The notes under the pieces are model-generated. The model made no database searches. It saw only the letters and a program-made list of their open reading frames with translations, and was not told where the DNA came from. The position numbers were made by a program, and so were the translations under genes. DNA of 64,000 nucleotides. Origin: Vicugna vicugna. Lineage: Eukaryota. The stretch spans positions 2,721,553 to 2,785,552 of the forward strand of contig MU058868.1 of assembly GCA_013265495.1 (NCBI GenBank). Reading direction: 5' to 3'. This document shows, piece after piece, positions 33,882-45,700 of the stretch (positions are counted from its first letter, which is position 1; each line of letters begins with the position of its first letter).

Positions 33882-35296
33882 GTGACGGAGGCATTACGAT
33901 ATGAACCAAAGCTTCCTAGCATTTTATCAAATGTCTCAAGTGACAGGTGACAGGCCACTTCGTTTCTCCCCTTTCAGGGCTTGCGAAGTTGGTGTGGTTC
34001 CTGGTGACGTTCTGTGCCGGTGCTCAGCCTCCCTCCGGGTTCATTCCCTAAACGCCCATCTCTCGCCACCCGGGCTCTGGGTCAGGGTGGGTCTGTGACC
34101 GTGTACAGACAGCCACGCTTACTCTCACAACCAGTGGCAGGAGGGGTTCCCTCCCCGCGCTCCGTGGCGGTGCTCAGCTGCCTTTCTAAACAGTGCAGCA
34201 GCTTTTCCCCTTGTTCTCAAACGCAGGGCTCACGGCACAGCTGGTGGCTGTGGCCAAGGTGGCAGGGACCCTGTACAGTAATGCAGCCCACGCTGCCTGG
34301 CAGATCCGGGTCCTCGTTCTGGCGTGGGGCCCGGGGTCGGCCAGGTGGAGGGCGGCACACCCGGCCCGGTCCAGCCGGCCCCTCATGCATCGTCTGTGGG
34401 GATGTTCGCGCTGTCTCGGCAGAGGTCAGCGTAAGATGGAGACCCCGTGGCCTGCAAGGCCTGGCTGTGTCCTGTGGGCCCCTTACATGAAACCGTGGCC
34501 GACCACTGGTCCAGACCTGGACCTTACTCTGCTGATGAGGTCCCCCTGAAGTGGGGCAGGCTCGTGCCCCTCAGCCCACCGGCCATGACCACGGTGCCAA
34601 CGTGTGCGGGGCTCTGATCCACGAAGCTGGGTGCGTTTCCACTGTTTTTGTGGTTTTGTGACCCTGCACTCAGTTGATTTAATCCACACCATTACAGTCG
34701 TCCCCATTCCTGCTGTGTTCAGTACAGCCGTGGCATTTCACAGTTACTTTAAGAAGAAGATTTTTTTCTTGCATTTCAAGAAAATTCTTGGGAGTCTTGT
34801 CATACAAATTCCACTTGTCACATTGAAGAATAATTTATGTGGTGGAATGGAAGAGCAATTAAACTGAGAACCAACGAGCATTCGAATGATGGATTTTCCA
34901 GGTTCTCATAAATGCCTTCTCACTTACTACATTTTTTTTCTGGACATACTTTCCTATATTGGAACACTAACTGCCCAGAGAAGTCAGGGTTTAGAGACAA
35001 ATCTCTGAAGACAGTTGCCAATTAATGAGCCGCAGAGACGTCACTTTCATGAGCTGTCCCTACCTTGTTGAAAAAAAATGACACATTGGAGGTCTTGAGT
35101 GAATAGCGACATGGTGAAAACATTCAGACCCGCGCGCGGGGACTCTGTGCCCCAGGCCAGTGAGAGGATGATGCTTTAGCAACCAGCTGAGGGCCTGCCG
35201 GGGCGACCGCTGCTGGTGGGGTGGAGGCTCTGTTGTGAGGTGGTCGCCTTAGAGATGCTGGGAGTTGCCAAGTGTACGGACTTTGTTTCTTAACAG

Positions 35297-35383
35297 CTGA
35301 AAGATGATGCTGTTGCCCTGGTGGACGTGATCGCCCCTCCGGACTTCATCCTGGACTCCCCGATTGGCAGAGCCGACGGCGAG
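35297..35383 (+). CDS. ACOX3: ACOX3 exon 17, aa 633-661
   Basis: [29 protein letters not shown]; TAACAG acceptor, GTGAAA donor. Confidence 0.96.
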
Positions 35384-35819
35384 GTGAAAGCAGCCTCCCT
35401 CCCGGGGCCACGGGGGACGCCGTGCGCTGGAGCGCGAGCCAGGGGCTGCTCTGGGGCTGCGGGGGTGCCGCTCCTCGCACGTGGGCAGCAGGGGAGGGAG
35501 TGGCTGGGAGAAGTTGGGGTGGGTGATTGTGGGCGGGTTAGCCAGCCCCCAGCCTGCCTTCCTCCCAGAGATGGGGTGTTGTTACTGCCCTCTTGGGCCA
35601 TGATGCCAAGGTTAGCATGGGCCTGCATGGAGCTGGGGGGCCTGCAGTGTCTCCCTCTTTTCACCTCCCCTTGAGGCCTTTCCAGTCCCGGGTCTCCTGA
35701 CCATGTCACAGTGCAGGGTCCTGACCCCTCCGTCAGTGGGGCCACTCAGCCCCTGACCTGAGCTCCCCTGGCACCCCCCACGCAGCTCCCCGATCTCCTC
35801 CCCTACCCACCCTGTCCCC

Positions 35820-36330
35820 CGTGCTCCAGAATGATTTTTTTAGAAGCCAATCTTGTCAAGCAGCTCCTCTGAGCCCCCTCTCTGCATCCCGCATACCTGG
35901 AACTTACACCCAGATTCCTTCCTGTGCCCCGTACCCTAACGGCCTGACCTCTGCCTGCTTCTCCAAGGTCACTTCACACCACGTTCCTCCTGCCCTCTGG
36001 ACTCCAGCTTCCCTGTCCTGTTTCTTTCTTGTATTGGGCTCATCCTCACCCCAGGGCCTTTGCACCTACTGTTCTTGCTGCAGAGAGGACTCTTGTTCGT
36101 TATAAGCAGAATGCTGCTTCTTCAGAGGGGCCTTCCCTGGCTCCAGCTGAAGTGCCACCCCCACTTTTTTCTGCTGTGTCATCAAGCCCACGTGCGTCCT
36201 CTGCCACGTGGAGATGCTCATGCTGGACGATGCCCACAGGTCTGCGCAGTGCCTCTCAGCACCGCACTACCTGTGGGTTGTCCCTGTGTTTCCATGGAAA
36301 TGTGACGTTTCAGTGAAGTCACATGTCTGA
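35820..36330 (+). mobile_element. L2 fragment
   Basis: cccagggcctttgcacctactgttcttgctg...cttcagaggggccttccctgg... is typical of L2 3' sequence. Confidence 0.6.
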
Positions 36331-37927
36331 GGTCTCACGGCTGTCATTTCTTTCTGCTGAGACACCCAGGCTGACCCAGGCTTTGCATAAATGGAGCTGA
36401 ATCCCCCATCTGTCCACAGGGGACACTGCAGTCAGCCCAGGGGGACAGGAGCCTAGACTTCTGCCCAGCCCAAGCCACACTGGAGTTGGGACAGGTGGAG
36501 CAGGCACTGGGGTGGGCAGGATGGAAGAGCCCCCCCATCGAATCAGGAGGGCAGGAACAGTACACCTGAGGGGGGCGTGCTGTCCTCTGGCTGCAGAGCT
36601 GGGTGTCGAGCAGCATCCCGAGATGCTGGGCGGGTTACCCTTGGTTGCCCAGCCAGGCGGCAGCAGGGCCAGGATTTGGGTAGAGATGGATTGTTTGGAG
36701 GGAAGACAGGAGAGCGGAACTCAATCTGTTGGGGTGGCCAGGGCTCTGGTGGGAGCATGAGGAAAATGTGCCATGAGTCCCCGGGAGAGGGGCCGGCCCC
36801 TGGGATGAGGGCTTACTAGGCAGCCAGCAATGCCATCACGGGGGCCTGCCTGGATGTGGCGCTGTCTGAGGACCCCTGAGCACATGGGAGCTCCATCCAG
36901 GAGGAGCTGGAATGGATCTGCAGAAGGCAGCTCTGACGCACGGTCGGGGCGAGGGACTGAAAAGTAGGGTCATCCTGTACTGTCCCGAGTTGGGGGCCCC
37001 ACATCCCACACTGAGGCCAGAGCCAGCCTGAGGCCTCGCTGGACAGGGTGGTCCACAGAGTGCACGTTTCTCCCAGTGTCGAGGGCTGAGGTTTGAACCA
37101 GGTTTGTTCACACTGTTGTACCACCATCATTACATGATGCATGGTGCTCCACAGTGTGAAATGTGCCCCCAGATTTGTGACCTGTGGGGAGACAGCCTGG
37201 CCTGGTGGCTCTGGGAGCCAGGAAGAGCAGAAGGCAGGAGGAGTTGCTCAGTGCCTTCAGCAGGCGCAGGGAGGACAGCTTCTCAACAGTGACGTCTGTC
37301 CACATCAGCCAGATACAAGATGGGACCCACCCTGTCTCCACGGACCTCGGCCTTGACGCCGGCTGTGCTGGGCGCTGGGAGGAAGCCACCACAGCTGCCC
37401 GCCACACCCGTGCCCTCCTCTAAGGTGACAGGTGGAGCAGCAGGCAGAAAGCAGTTCAGTCTGGAGGTCCCGGGGCAGACGGCTGGCCCAGTGGGGTCTT
37501 TCGGGGCGGGCAGAGAGGGGCCGGTGTGTGCTCAGGCCCGGTGGCCCGGAGACAGGACGGTCATTCTGCTGCTTGGCTGCACCGCCACCTGCCAGCCGGC
37601 AGCCACGTAGGGGTGGGAGGACAGATTCCAGAGCAAACGGCAAACACAGACTTGCAGGACCCACTTTCCATGAGAGTTTCCAAAGAAAAGGCCACGCAGG
37701 ATGTTTCGTCGTAAATGTGCTTTACGGTGCCTTATAGCTGCATTTCATGGTGGTTTTCTGCTGACAAAGAAGTGTGTAAACTAAAGTTAAATCATCTGGA
37801 AAGATTTCTGAGAAGTGACGGGAGGACTTCCTGTGTTTGTAAAGCAGCTTCCGAGGGCGGCTGTGTTGGCATCCTCGACCGTGGGAGGAATCTCATTCCG
37901 TGTGACTGTGTTGTGTGTGTTTTGCAG

Positions 37928-38047
37928 CTCTATAAAAACCTCTGGACCGCAGTCCTTCAGGGAAGCAGGGTGCTGGAGAGAGCGTCGTGGTGGCCGGAAT
38001 TCTCTGCCAACAAGCCCGTCGTAGGAAGTTTGAAATCAAAGCTGTAG
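37928..38047 (+). CDS. ACOX3: ACOX3 exon 18 (last coding), aa 662-700, PTS1 SKL
   Basis: [39 protein letters not shown] with TAG at 38045-38047; TTTGCAG acceptor. Confidence 0.97.
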   Translation, partial: LYKNLWTAVLQGSRVLERASWWPEFSANKPVVGSLKSKL

Positions 38048-38560
38048 TCACACTGGCCAGGTTCCGACGAAGCTAATAAGGACACGGGCCTCATGTTCAA
38101 GTTCTTAAGGTCCTGGAGACGGCTGTCCCCTCTGAACCCACACCGCGGCGCTCACCCCTATTGAGCCCACGGCGGGACGGCCCGTCCGAAGCTGGGCACC
38201 CCCGGAGTCACACCAGGACTGACTGGGGGGATCCGTCGTAATCTGCTGCTCAGTCATGTCTTTCTGATGCACTCCGCACTTTCTGATAATCAGAGCTTTG
38301 CGCATTCTGTTTTCGCACGCTGAATGTAAAGGTGGCGGCGGGTAACGGGAGTCGCTGGCCAGATGGTGTTTTGCATTCCTCTGAGATTTTTTCACAAGGC
38401 TCTGCTTCACTGGGCCCTAAAGGGTGCCACACTGATCTTTGTTCACTCTGGTTTGATTTTCTCATGTAATTCAATGGTGTCGGAACCTGTAACCTCGCTA
38501 GTTTGCACCACGGACCATCCAAGTGACATAATTTAAGATCCTTAAGGAAAAGGACATCAG
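38048..38560 (+). other. ACOX3: Probable ACOX3 3' UTR (end uncertain)
   Basis: Non-repeat sequence after the stop codon. TGTA motifs near 38325, 38466 and 38487; AT-rich ATAATTTAAG at 38528-38537; GT/T-rich tract at 38561-38582. No canonical AATAAA seen. Confidence 0.45.
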
Positions 38561-39239
38561 CTGTATTGCTTTCTTGCGTGGGCCTGGAAGCTTCCATCAA
38601 GGAGATGCTACCGGGGGGGAAGGGCCGTAATGGTCTGGGTGTCCAGTCAGCCCTCAGGCCCGGCCTGCCGGCCGTGTGCGCGCTGCGCTGGGAGTCGGTT
38701 TGCTCTCGCCGGAGGTGGATCCCCCAGTGCCTCCCGTGCCCCGGGGCGTCTCCTCCGCACTCTCCCGGCCGTGGGCCCAGGCTGCTCCTGGCGGCAGCTG
38801 GGTGGAGGGGGTGGTGGGTGTCTCCGCCCATCACTCGTGTGCCCCTGGCCAGGATGGTGGGGGGTTCTCACTCTCGGCCCCTCTCCGTTCCCTGCAGCCT
38901 CTGACTGGTCCAGGAGGGTTGGGGCCTCTGCCCTCGCAGCCCCGGGGCCCTCCCCACCCTGTCTTGGCCCCCACGGAGCACCGCTGCTTGTTTTCCAAAA
39001 TAGCCCAGAGAACCTCTGAGCACATGAAGGGCCTGGGCAGGAATCAGTTTTTAAAGACTGAATTTAATTCTGTGGGTGGTTCCTTGGCTTCCCAAGCCTC
39101 AGTTTTCATGCCTGGAAAAGGGGTGCACACCCTCCCCCACCACAGCGCATCTGGATGGGCAGCAGGGGCTGCGGTTCAGGAGCACATAGTGTTTGATGGG
39201 CCTTTCTGCTGGCTGTCGCGGGACCCTTAGACTATGTGA

Positions 39240-39360
39240 GGTGAGCTGTGTCGTGCCCATTTTACAGAGGAGAAAACTGACCCTGATGGGCTGAAACCGC
39301 TGCCAGGGGCCAGACAGCCAGGAAGTGGCAGAGCTGGACCAGGCTTTCAGGTCTGACCCT
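39240..39360 (-). mobile_element. MIR fragment
   Basis: cccattttacagaggagaaaactgac...ggaagtggcagagctggaccagg. Confidence 0.65.
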
Positions 39361-41884
39361 GGTGGTCCCTGGCCCCCTTCGCGGGGTGGACCTGTGGGTT
39401 TCCTGTCCCCAGGAGCCCCATCCTCCTCCTAATGGAACCCCAGCTCTGTCCCGTGTCAGCTCCAGAACTGGGCTAGTTCTGGCCCAGGCTCCTTGCCCCC
39501 CCCCCTTGCCCCAGTCGCCGGCTCAGCCCAAGGGGCCTGTCGGGCTGATCCTGGGACTGACTTGGGTGCTGGGACGGAGGGGTCTCTCGCTTTCTCTGGG
39601 CAGCGTGCTGCCTGCTGATGACCTTTGCTGCCACGTGAGCCCGCGGCCGGAGCCAGCCCATGGGGGTGGCAGGGGCCCTGGCCTACAGGCGCGTGAGCCG
39701 CAGGTGAGCTGGGCCAGCAGACCCACGCACAGAGCCCAGCGCCAGGCTCCTGGGTGGATGTGCGGGAGGTCCACCCTCCAGGGGGACAGGGAGCGTCTGT
39801 CTCCGGTTTGGGGACTCCTGGCCGCTTGGTGCTGCCTGCTGACCTGCGGCAGCCTCTGATTTGCTTTTTGCTTTCACATTCCGCTCAATGAGGCTCCGTG
39901 AGGATCCAGGGTTCCCGCGACTCCCAGGGATGACCCCCAACCGACCTCGGCTGGTGCCCCACCTGCCAGGCCGTGCAGGCGGTGGCCCATCTTGCTCTGT
40001 GACACCCAGAGGAGGGAGGTTCTCAGTCCCGTGGCGAATAGGGGTCCTGGGTGGGTGAAGGGAGACTGACGTGAGCACAGTTGCTTCCTTGACACACTTG
40101 TCACAGGGCTGGAAGCCTTGCTTCCTCCGGGGGACCCTGAGCTCTGAACAGGGTCCCTTCGGAAGTCCCTCACGCAAGGAGGACTGTCTGCCTTGGGGAG
40201 AAAATGCTTGTATCCTCTTACAAAGGCTGAAGGAAGACAAAACCCCAGCGGCTCCTGGGGTGTCTCCTAGATGCAGGAATGCAGCTTTGCAGACATTCCT
40301 GACGTTGGCTCGGAGCGATGCAAAACAGCTTCCAGGAGACTCTCCCTATGCCATCACCCTCGAAGACCCTGGCCAGTGTCTCTCTGGCAGCTGGGGACAG
40401 GCCTTGGAGTGGCCCAGGGTTCAGGCCCCACTCGGTGCCTGCTGTGAGGCCCGGGGCGCATCTCCTAACCTTCCCGAGGTCGTTTTCCTCCTTGATGGAA
40501 GTCCTGACAGCCGTCTTCCAGGGCCGTAGGGGCTGAGTGAGAGGGTGTATCATGCAGTCCTGGGCCCACGGACCTGGACGCTCAGGGCTGGGCCCGGGAA
40601 TCTGCCCTCTTCCGGGACCTTGGGCAGTTCTGATATGTTGAGTCTGAGGACCACGGCCTCTGCTATGGGCCTGAGTTCTGGGGAGAGTGTGGCGGGGGTG
40701 TAGGCGGTCAGTGGGGCAGGGGAGAGGCCATCCTGTACCAAGTTGGAGGAGAAAACCAGCTGCCATCCCGCCACCTGCCTGCATGTGCCCAGGACTGGCT
40801 CTGCCCCAGTCTCCAGCCCTCTCGCCTAGGCGGAGGGTGTTGCCCAGGGACCAGGGACCAGTGTGGCCACAGGAGGAGCTTCACGTGGCCCAGGCTGGCC
40901 CTTCTCTGCGAATCCCAGGCTGCACAGAAGAGCTGCGCTCTGGGAGAGCCCTGGTCACGTGGTCTTCGTCTCTGTGATCGCCCCTCAACACTTGGCGTCA
41001 AGGGCCTGGGGCTGCACGGACAGTTTACTCTGTCCCTGGTGCTGTTCACTTCTGGCTTCCTGTGTGGCTTCCCAACCCCAGGAGAGCTGCTGGGGTCCTG
41101 CACCTGAGCCCAGCTCCCTCAACCCTTCCCTGGGCATCCCCACTCCCCTGACCGACCAGCGGCCTCTGGACGTGTATGGAGTGTTGGCAGCAGGCTGGCT
41201 TGTCCACCTGGTGTACGAGCCAGGGTGCCATCGGTCCTGAGTCCTTCACACTGAGGACCAGTGGCACCCCATGTGGAGCAGGCAGGACAGGACGTGTGGC
41301 CCACCGTGAAAGTAATGCTGGAGTACAGTACGATGAGACGGGGCTCACCAGCCGGTGACAGGTCCACTTTTCATCTTGCAAAACCGTCGCAGTTGAAATT
41401 CTTTAGAAACCATTGCAGGGAGACAACAATGAGAGCCCCTTCTCCCGCGCCTCCCCAGCCCCGCTGGCGGGCAGCCGTGCTTCCGGAGCTGCTCGCCTCT
41501 GCTCACGGCAGCCGCGGGCTGTGGGGGAGGAAGTGTGTCTACCCGCACGTGGAAGACCGCGTGCGAAACGACAGCTCCCGGATAAAGGCTTTGTGAACGC
41601 GAACTCCGAGCTGGGCCCAGGAGGCAGCTGTGGCTCACGTGGCTCACACTTGGCCTTTGTTACTCAGCGAGGGGTCGAGGGGGCGTGGGGCCCTCCACGT
41701 GGCACTTCCAGGACGGGAGACAGGAAGTGGGGTCAGTGTGGGGCCCGCAGCCCCTGGGAAGGAGCCTCCTGGCCTCTGAGAGGGGAGGGAGCTCAGCAAG
41801 GAGGACAAGGAGGTGCTGGGTCTCCCTCGCGGCCGCAGCACCTTAGATTTGATGTCCTTCTTGCCTGAAGGAATGACCACATGA

Positions 41885-42247
41885 GGTGTTACGGCTGGAT
41901 CCTGTCCCCCCGAATCCATACACCAAAAGCCCACCCCCAGCGCCTCGGAAGGTGATGGTTCCTGGAGATGAGTGTTTAAAGAGGTGATTAGGGTAAAATG
42001 AGGTCACACTCGTGGGTCCTGATCCAATAGGACTGGTGTCCCTGCAAGAACGGGGATTGGAACCCGCACACACACAGAGGGACGACCACACGAGGACACA
42101 GGGAGAGGACGGCTGTCTGCAAGCCCAGGAGAGGGGCCTCGGAAGGAAGCAGCCCTGCCCGCGCTGCGGCCCAGACGCCTGGCTCAGGATGCGGGGGGAG
42201 ACCTTTGTATCTGCGCTGACCAGGCTGTGGACACGGAAGCTAACGCA
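41885..42247 (+). mobile_element. MLT1A/B-type LTR
   Basis: tgttacggctggatcctgtcccccc...gtgtttaaagaggtgattagggtaaaatgaggtcac...cctgatccaataggactggtgtccc...ctgcaagcccaggagaggggcctc. Confidence 0.8.
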
Positions 42248-45179
42248 CAGGCTGCCGGTGCCCCAGATGAGCTCACCCATTTCAGAGAGCGCCTTGGCTG
42301 CTGGCCCAGGGTCCCTCGGAGGGTGGGCACGCTGCGCCCAGAATGAGATTTCAGTGTGTTCCCACCGCCCAGAGGGAAAAGGCCACAGGAGTAGGGACAG
42401 TGTATGTGTCTGGGGAAACCACGGGCGTGTGGTTGCGGACGACTCGCGACGGAAGGGAAGCCAGGAGACCTGTGTGAGGCTGGCCTGGGAGCTGGCGGGC
42501 CGCTCTCTGCCTTTCCCTTCCCCCAGCGTGGGGGTGGGGGCTGGAGCCAGGCGGTGGGCCTGAGGGTCAGGCCACCCACTGTCAGGGCTGCAGACTCAGG
42601 GTCCCCCCCAAACCCCCACCCCAGCTCCAGGGCGCACGGGGCCCCTGCCAGGGACGAACTACAGGCCGCGTACAACCTACGCCGTTCATCTGATTCCAGA
42701 GGTGGGATTCGCCCCGGTTTCCGGTGGGGACCCTGGTACTCCAGGCCTCCAGTGACCAGCCTGCAGCCCGCGTGCATCCACTGCCCCTCGGGGAGGGGCT
42801 CCCGGGCTGGGGCTGCAGCTGCTCCGGAGCTGACCTTCTGTGAGTCTAAAGGAGGCCCTAGGACTGCTGAGCGCCAAAGGGTGTGGACGAGGAGCCGGCT
42901 GCCTGTGTTCTGTTTGGGTGGTCTGGTGTGAAGTCGTCCTTCCAGAAGTTTCCTTCCCCCGCCCCCTCCAGTCCCTCCCAGCCACCTTCCTGAGACTGAG
43001 GTCTGCAGAGATAGCAGAGGCCTAAGAACCAGTGTGGTGGTTCTGTCTGGATGCTTGGTGGGCAGGTGTCCTGAGTCACACTCGTGACAGTGTTAGAAGT
43101 AGAAAACACGAAGGGCTTGGGATGGTCAGTCCCCTCCAGGAACCGCGAGCATCCGGCCTCCCCAAGAGTATGTTTCCGGAGAGCCACTCGGGGAGGACAA
43201 TGTCCTCCCAGAGAGGCAGTTCCAGGAAGGATGCCCTGCTCCCAGACACGCCCTCGGGGAGGCCGGAGGCCCACAGGCCTGGTCACACCTCTGCAGGACC
43301 CTCACCTCTCCGCCTCCTCAGTGTCCCCATCTGCCATCTCCATGACGGTGACAGCTCTGCAGATGGTGCTTCCCCATCCCTAGGGAACCACCCCTGCTGG
43401 CTGGCCCACAGGGAGCACCGGCTGCAGAGAGGACACTTCGCTCGGACAGCTGTGACGGGGGCCCAGGCGGGGGACACAAGAGCCCTTTGTGGGGACGGAG
43501 GGAAGCAGGCGCAGGCATCCTTTCCAGCTGTTGGCATCAGACGGTGTCTGGTCTGTGTTTACTTGCCGTCTCCCCACAACCAGGCTGGAGAAGCGCCCCC
43601 CATGGTCCGGCCACCAGGGAGAGATTTCCTTTCCCTGCTGCGCTCCAGGACCACAGTGGTTTCAAGTCTCAGCCCTGGACAAGGGTGCCACGCTTCCCCG
43701 AAGCAACCTTGAAAACTCTGGGATGATGTGCTCCGAGAGGCAGGAGAGAGGCTGTGGCAGCCAACATCCACCAGCACAGCATCCCCCAGCACCCCTGAGC
43801 CTCCACCCCCACCCTTCACCTCCACCCACCCCCACCCTATCCCACCCCATGGTCTCTGAGCGAGTGAGTACATAGGGGTGCCTAACACTGTTTGGAACTG
43901 CCCCGCTGTATGTGTGCTTTGCTGCAGGTCCTCACCGCCGCCGACTGTCTCTCAGGGACTGTGGGCACAAAGTCCAAACAGTGGCCGTGGAGGGGTGTGA
44001 ACACAGCTGCCACTGCCACCGGCTGCCACCCCTGGGGCCCAGCGTCTCCAAATCCAGCAGAGATGCAGCCCTTGGCCCTGGAAGGCCAGGGGAGGCTGCT
44101 CCTCCATGCACAGCTCCCCTCGGATGTGCAGCACCCCCCTGCACTGCTGCCCCAGCAGCCCGACCCCTGGCTCAGGCGGTCTGGGCTTGACCTGACTTCG
44201 GGCACCTCAGGTGAGGGGCCAGGTCTGCCCGCTGCCCCAGGGCCTCCCCAGCCCCTCTGGGCCTCTGACCTCCCCGGAACACGCCACCCTGAGGGGCGGG
44301 GAAGTCACTTTTCTCACCAGAGCTCTGAAGGATCATCTCCTAAACTCTCCTGCGGTGGCCCTGGGGCTCTGGGACGTCACAGTTACATCCCCATAGGCAA
44401 GGCTGGCTCTCAGGCCTGCGACCTGTCCACGGCGACTGATCCGACCCAGATGCGGGGCTCCATCCATCCCGTACCGCCAAGCCCTGGCCATTGCGAGGAG
44501 CTGCCCTGTGAGGTCACGGCTGTCCTGTTTATTGGCCTGACCCTGGGAGGCCTGCCAGAGAACCTGCAGGGTGGGCTTGTGAGACAGCCCAGACCCCCAG
44601 GCAAGCATCTTGGAAGAGAGGCCTCCTGGCAAACTCTGACAATACTCTTGGCAAATTCCCTGCCTCCCTCCAGGCAGCACGTTAACCACTCAGGTGCCAC
44701 TGAGGTGTTGCCCGAGCTGAGCTGTGGGGGTGGGGCTGCCCCTTGGTGATGCAGTCTCTGTGCCGTACAATGAGGCTGTGCCCGGCCCCTCCTCTGTGAC
44801 CTGTTGAACCCTACTCCCCCAAATTTCAGTGAGGTATGCTCAGTGAGGTCACGAGACTCACCCCGTGACATGGCTGTGGGGCCCATCAGACCCACTGTCT
44901 CGGGTCCCCTTCTCCGCCAAGTGCTCAGCCCTGAGCCAGGAACAGGGCAGGGCGACTGGGGTCTCCCCTCCTCCCAGCACGGGGAGGATGGTGGTGAGCT
45001 GGCTGGTGCAGCCCCTCCGGAGCCCGCAGGCAGAGGCAGACAGAGGGCCACACACGGCAGAACAAGGAATAGGGGCGGGGACCAGGAGCACTGTTTCCCT
45101 GCTCGGCTGGCACGTTGGGGCCTCGTAAAGCAATTTTTAAAAACTTAACTAAGCGAAACTGACTGTACGTCCACTCGCA

Positions 45180-45700
45180 CTGGATGTCCAGGCACATCCT
45201 CCTTGCTCTGTTCTCACTCCAGCTGCTCGTGGTTCTTACCCAGTGTCCCTCTGCCCCAGCTTCAACCTCTACATGCCACAGCCCTGCATTCAGACCTCAC
45301 ACCCTGCTCCGTGACTGTCGAGGTCTCTAGACCAGCATAGACCTGAGCCCATCTCCCCAGGCCCCCGGCCCTCACGTGGAGGCCCAAGATCCTGGCCCCT
45401 CCGCTGCCGCCCACTGCCCTCTGCAGACCGTTAGGCCTCTGTGTGGGCTGATCCCCTCTGCCTGGAACACCCTTCCCGCTGCCCTCGAACAGCTCCCACT
45501 TGTCCTGAACCCACCGGGACCTTCCTCCTCCGTGCTCCCCGCGCCGCCCCAGGCCGGGCACGTGGTAGGTGCTCTGTCAGTTTCACAACTTGCTACCTTT
45601 GTGCAAACTTTCCACCGCCCCCGCCCCAATTCCATGCGCCTTGAACCATCTTTAGGATGCACTCCCAGGTGGGAACTTCCGAGCTGAGGTCCACGCACAT
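45180..45700 (+). mobile_element. Degenerate L2 fragment
   Basis: ggatgtccaggcacatc...ctctgcctggaacacccttccc resembles L2. Confidence 0.45.

Larger units (their letters stand above)
6265..38047 (+). other. ACOX3: ACOX3 gene model, CDS join(6265-6408,7313-7546,8504-8578,9347-9436,10027-10170,12788-12876,16358-16454,17328-17510,19094-19216,20642-20762,22753-22875,23052-23165,27772-27887,31933-32107,33287-33354,35297-35383,37928-38047)
   Basis: Exon lengths sum to 2103 nt = 700 aa + TAG. All introns are GT-AG, phases are consistent and no internal stop occurs. Acyl-CoA oxidase motifs [18 protein letters not shown] and CTYEGDN (catalytic Glu, residue 451 here) are present; C-terminal SKL. Confidence 0.97.
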
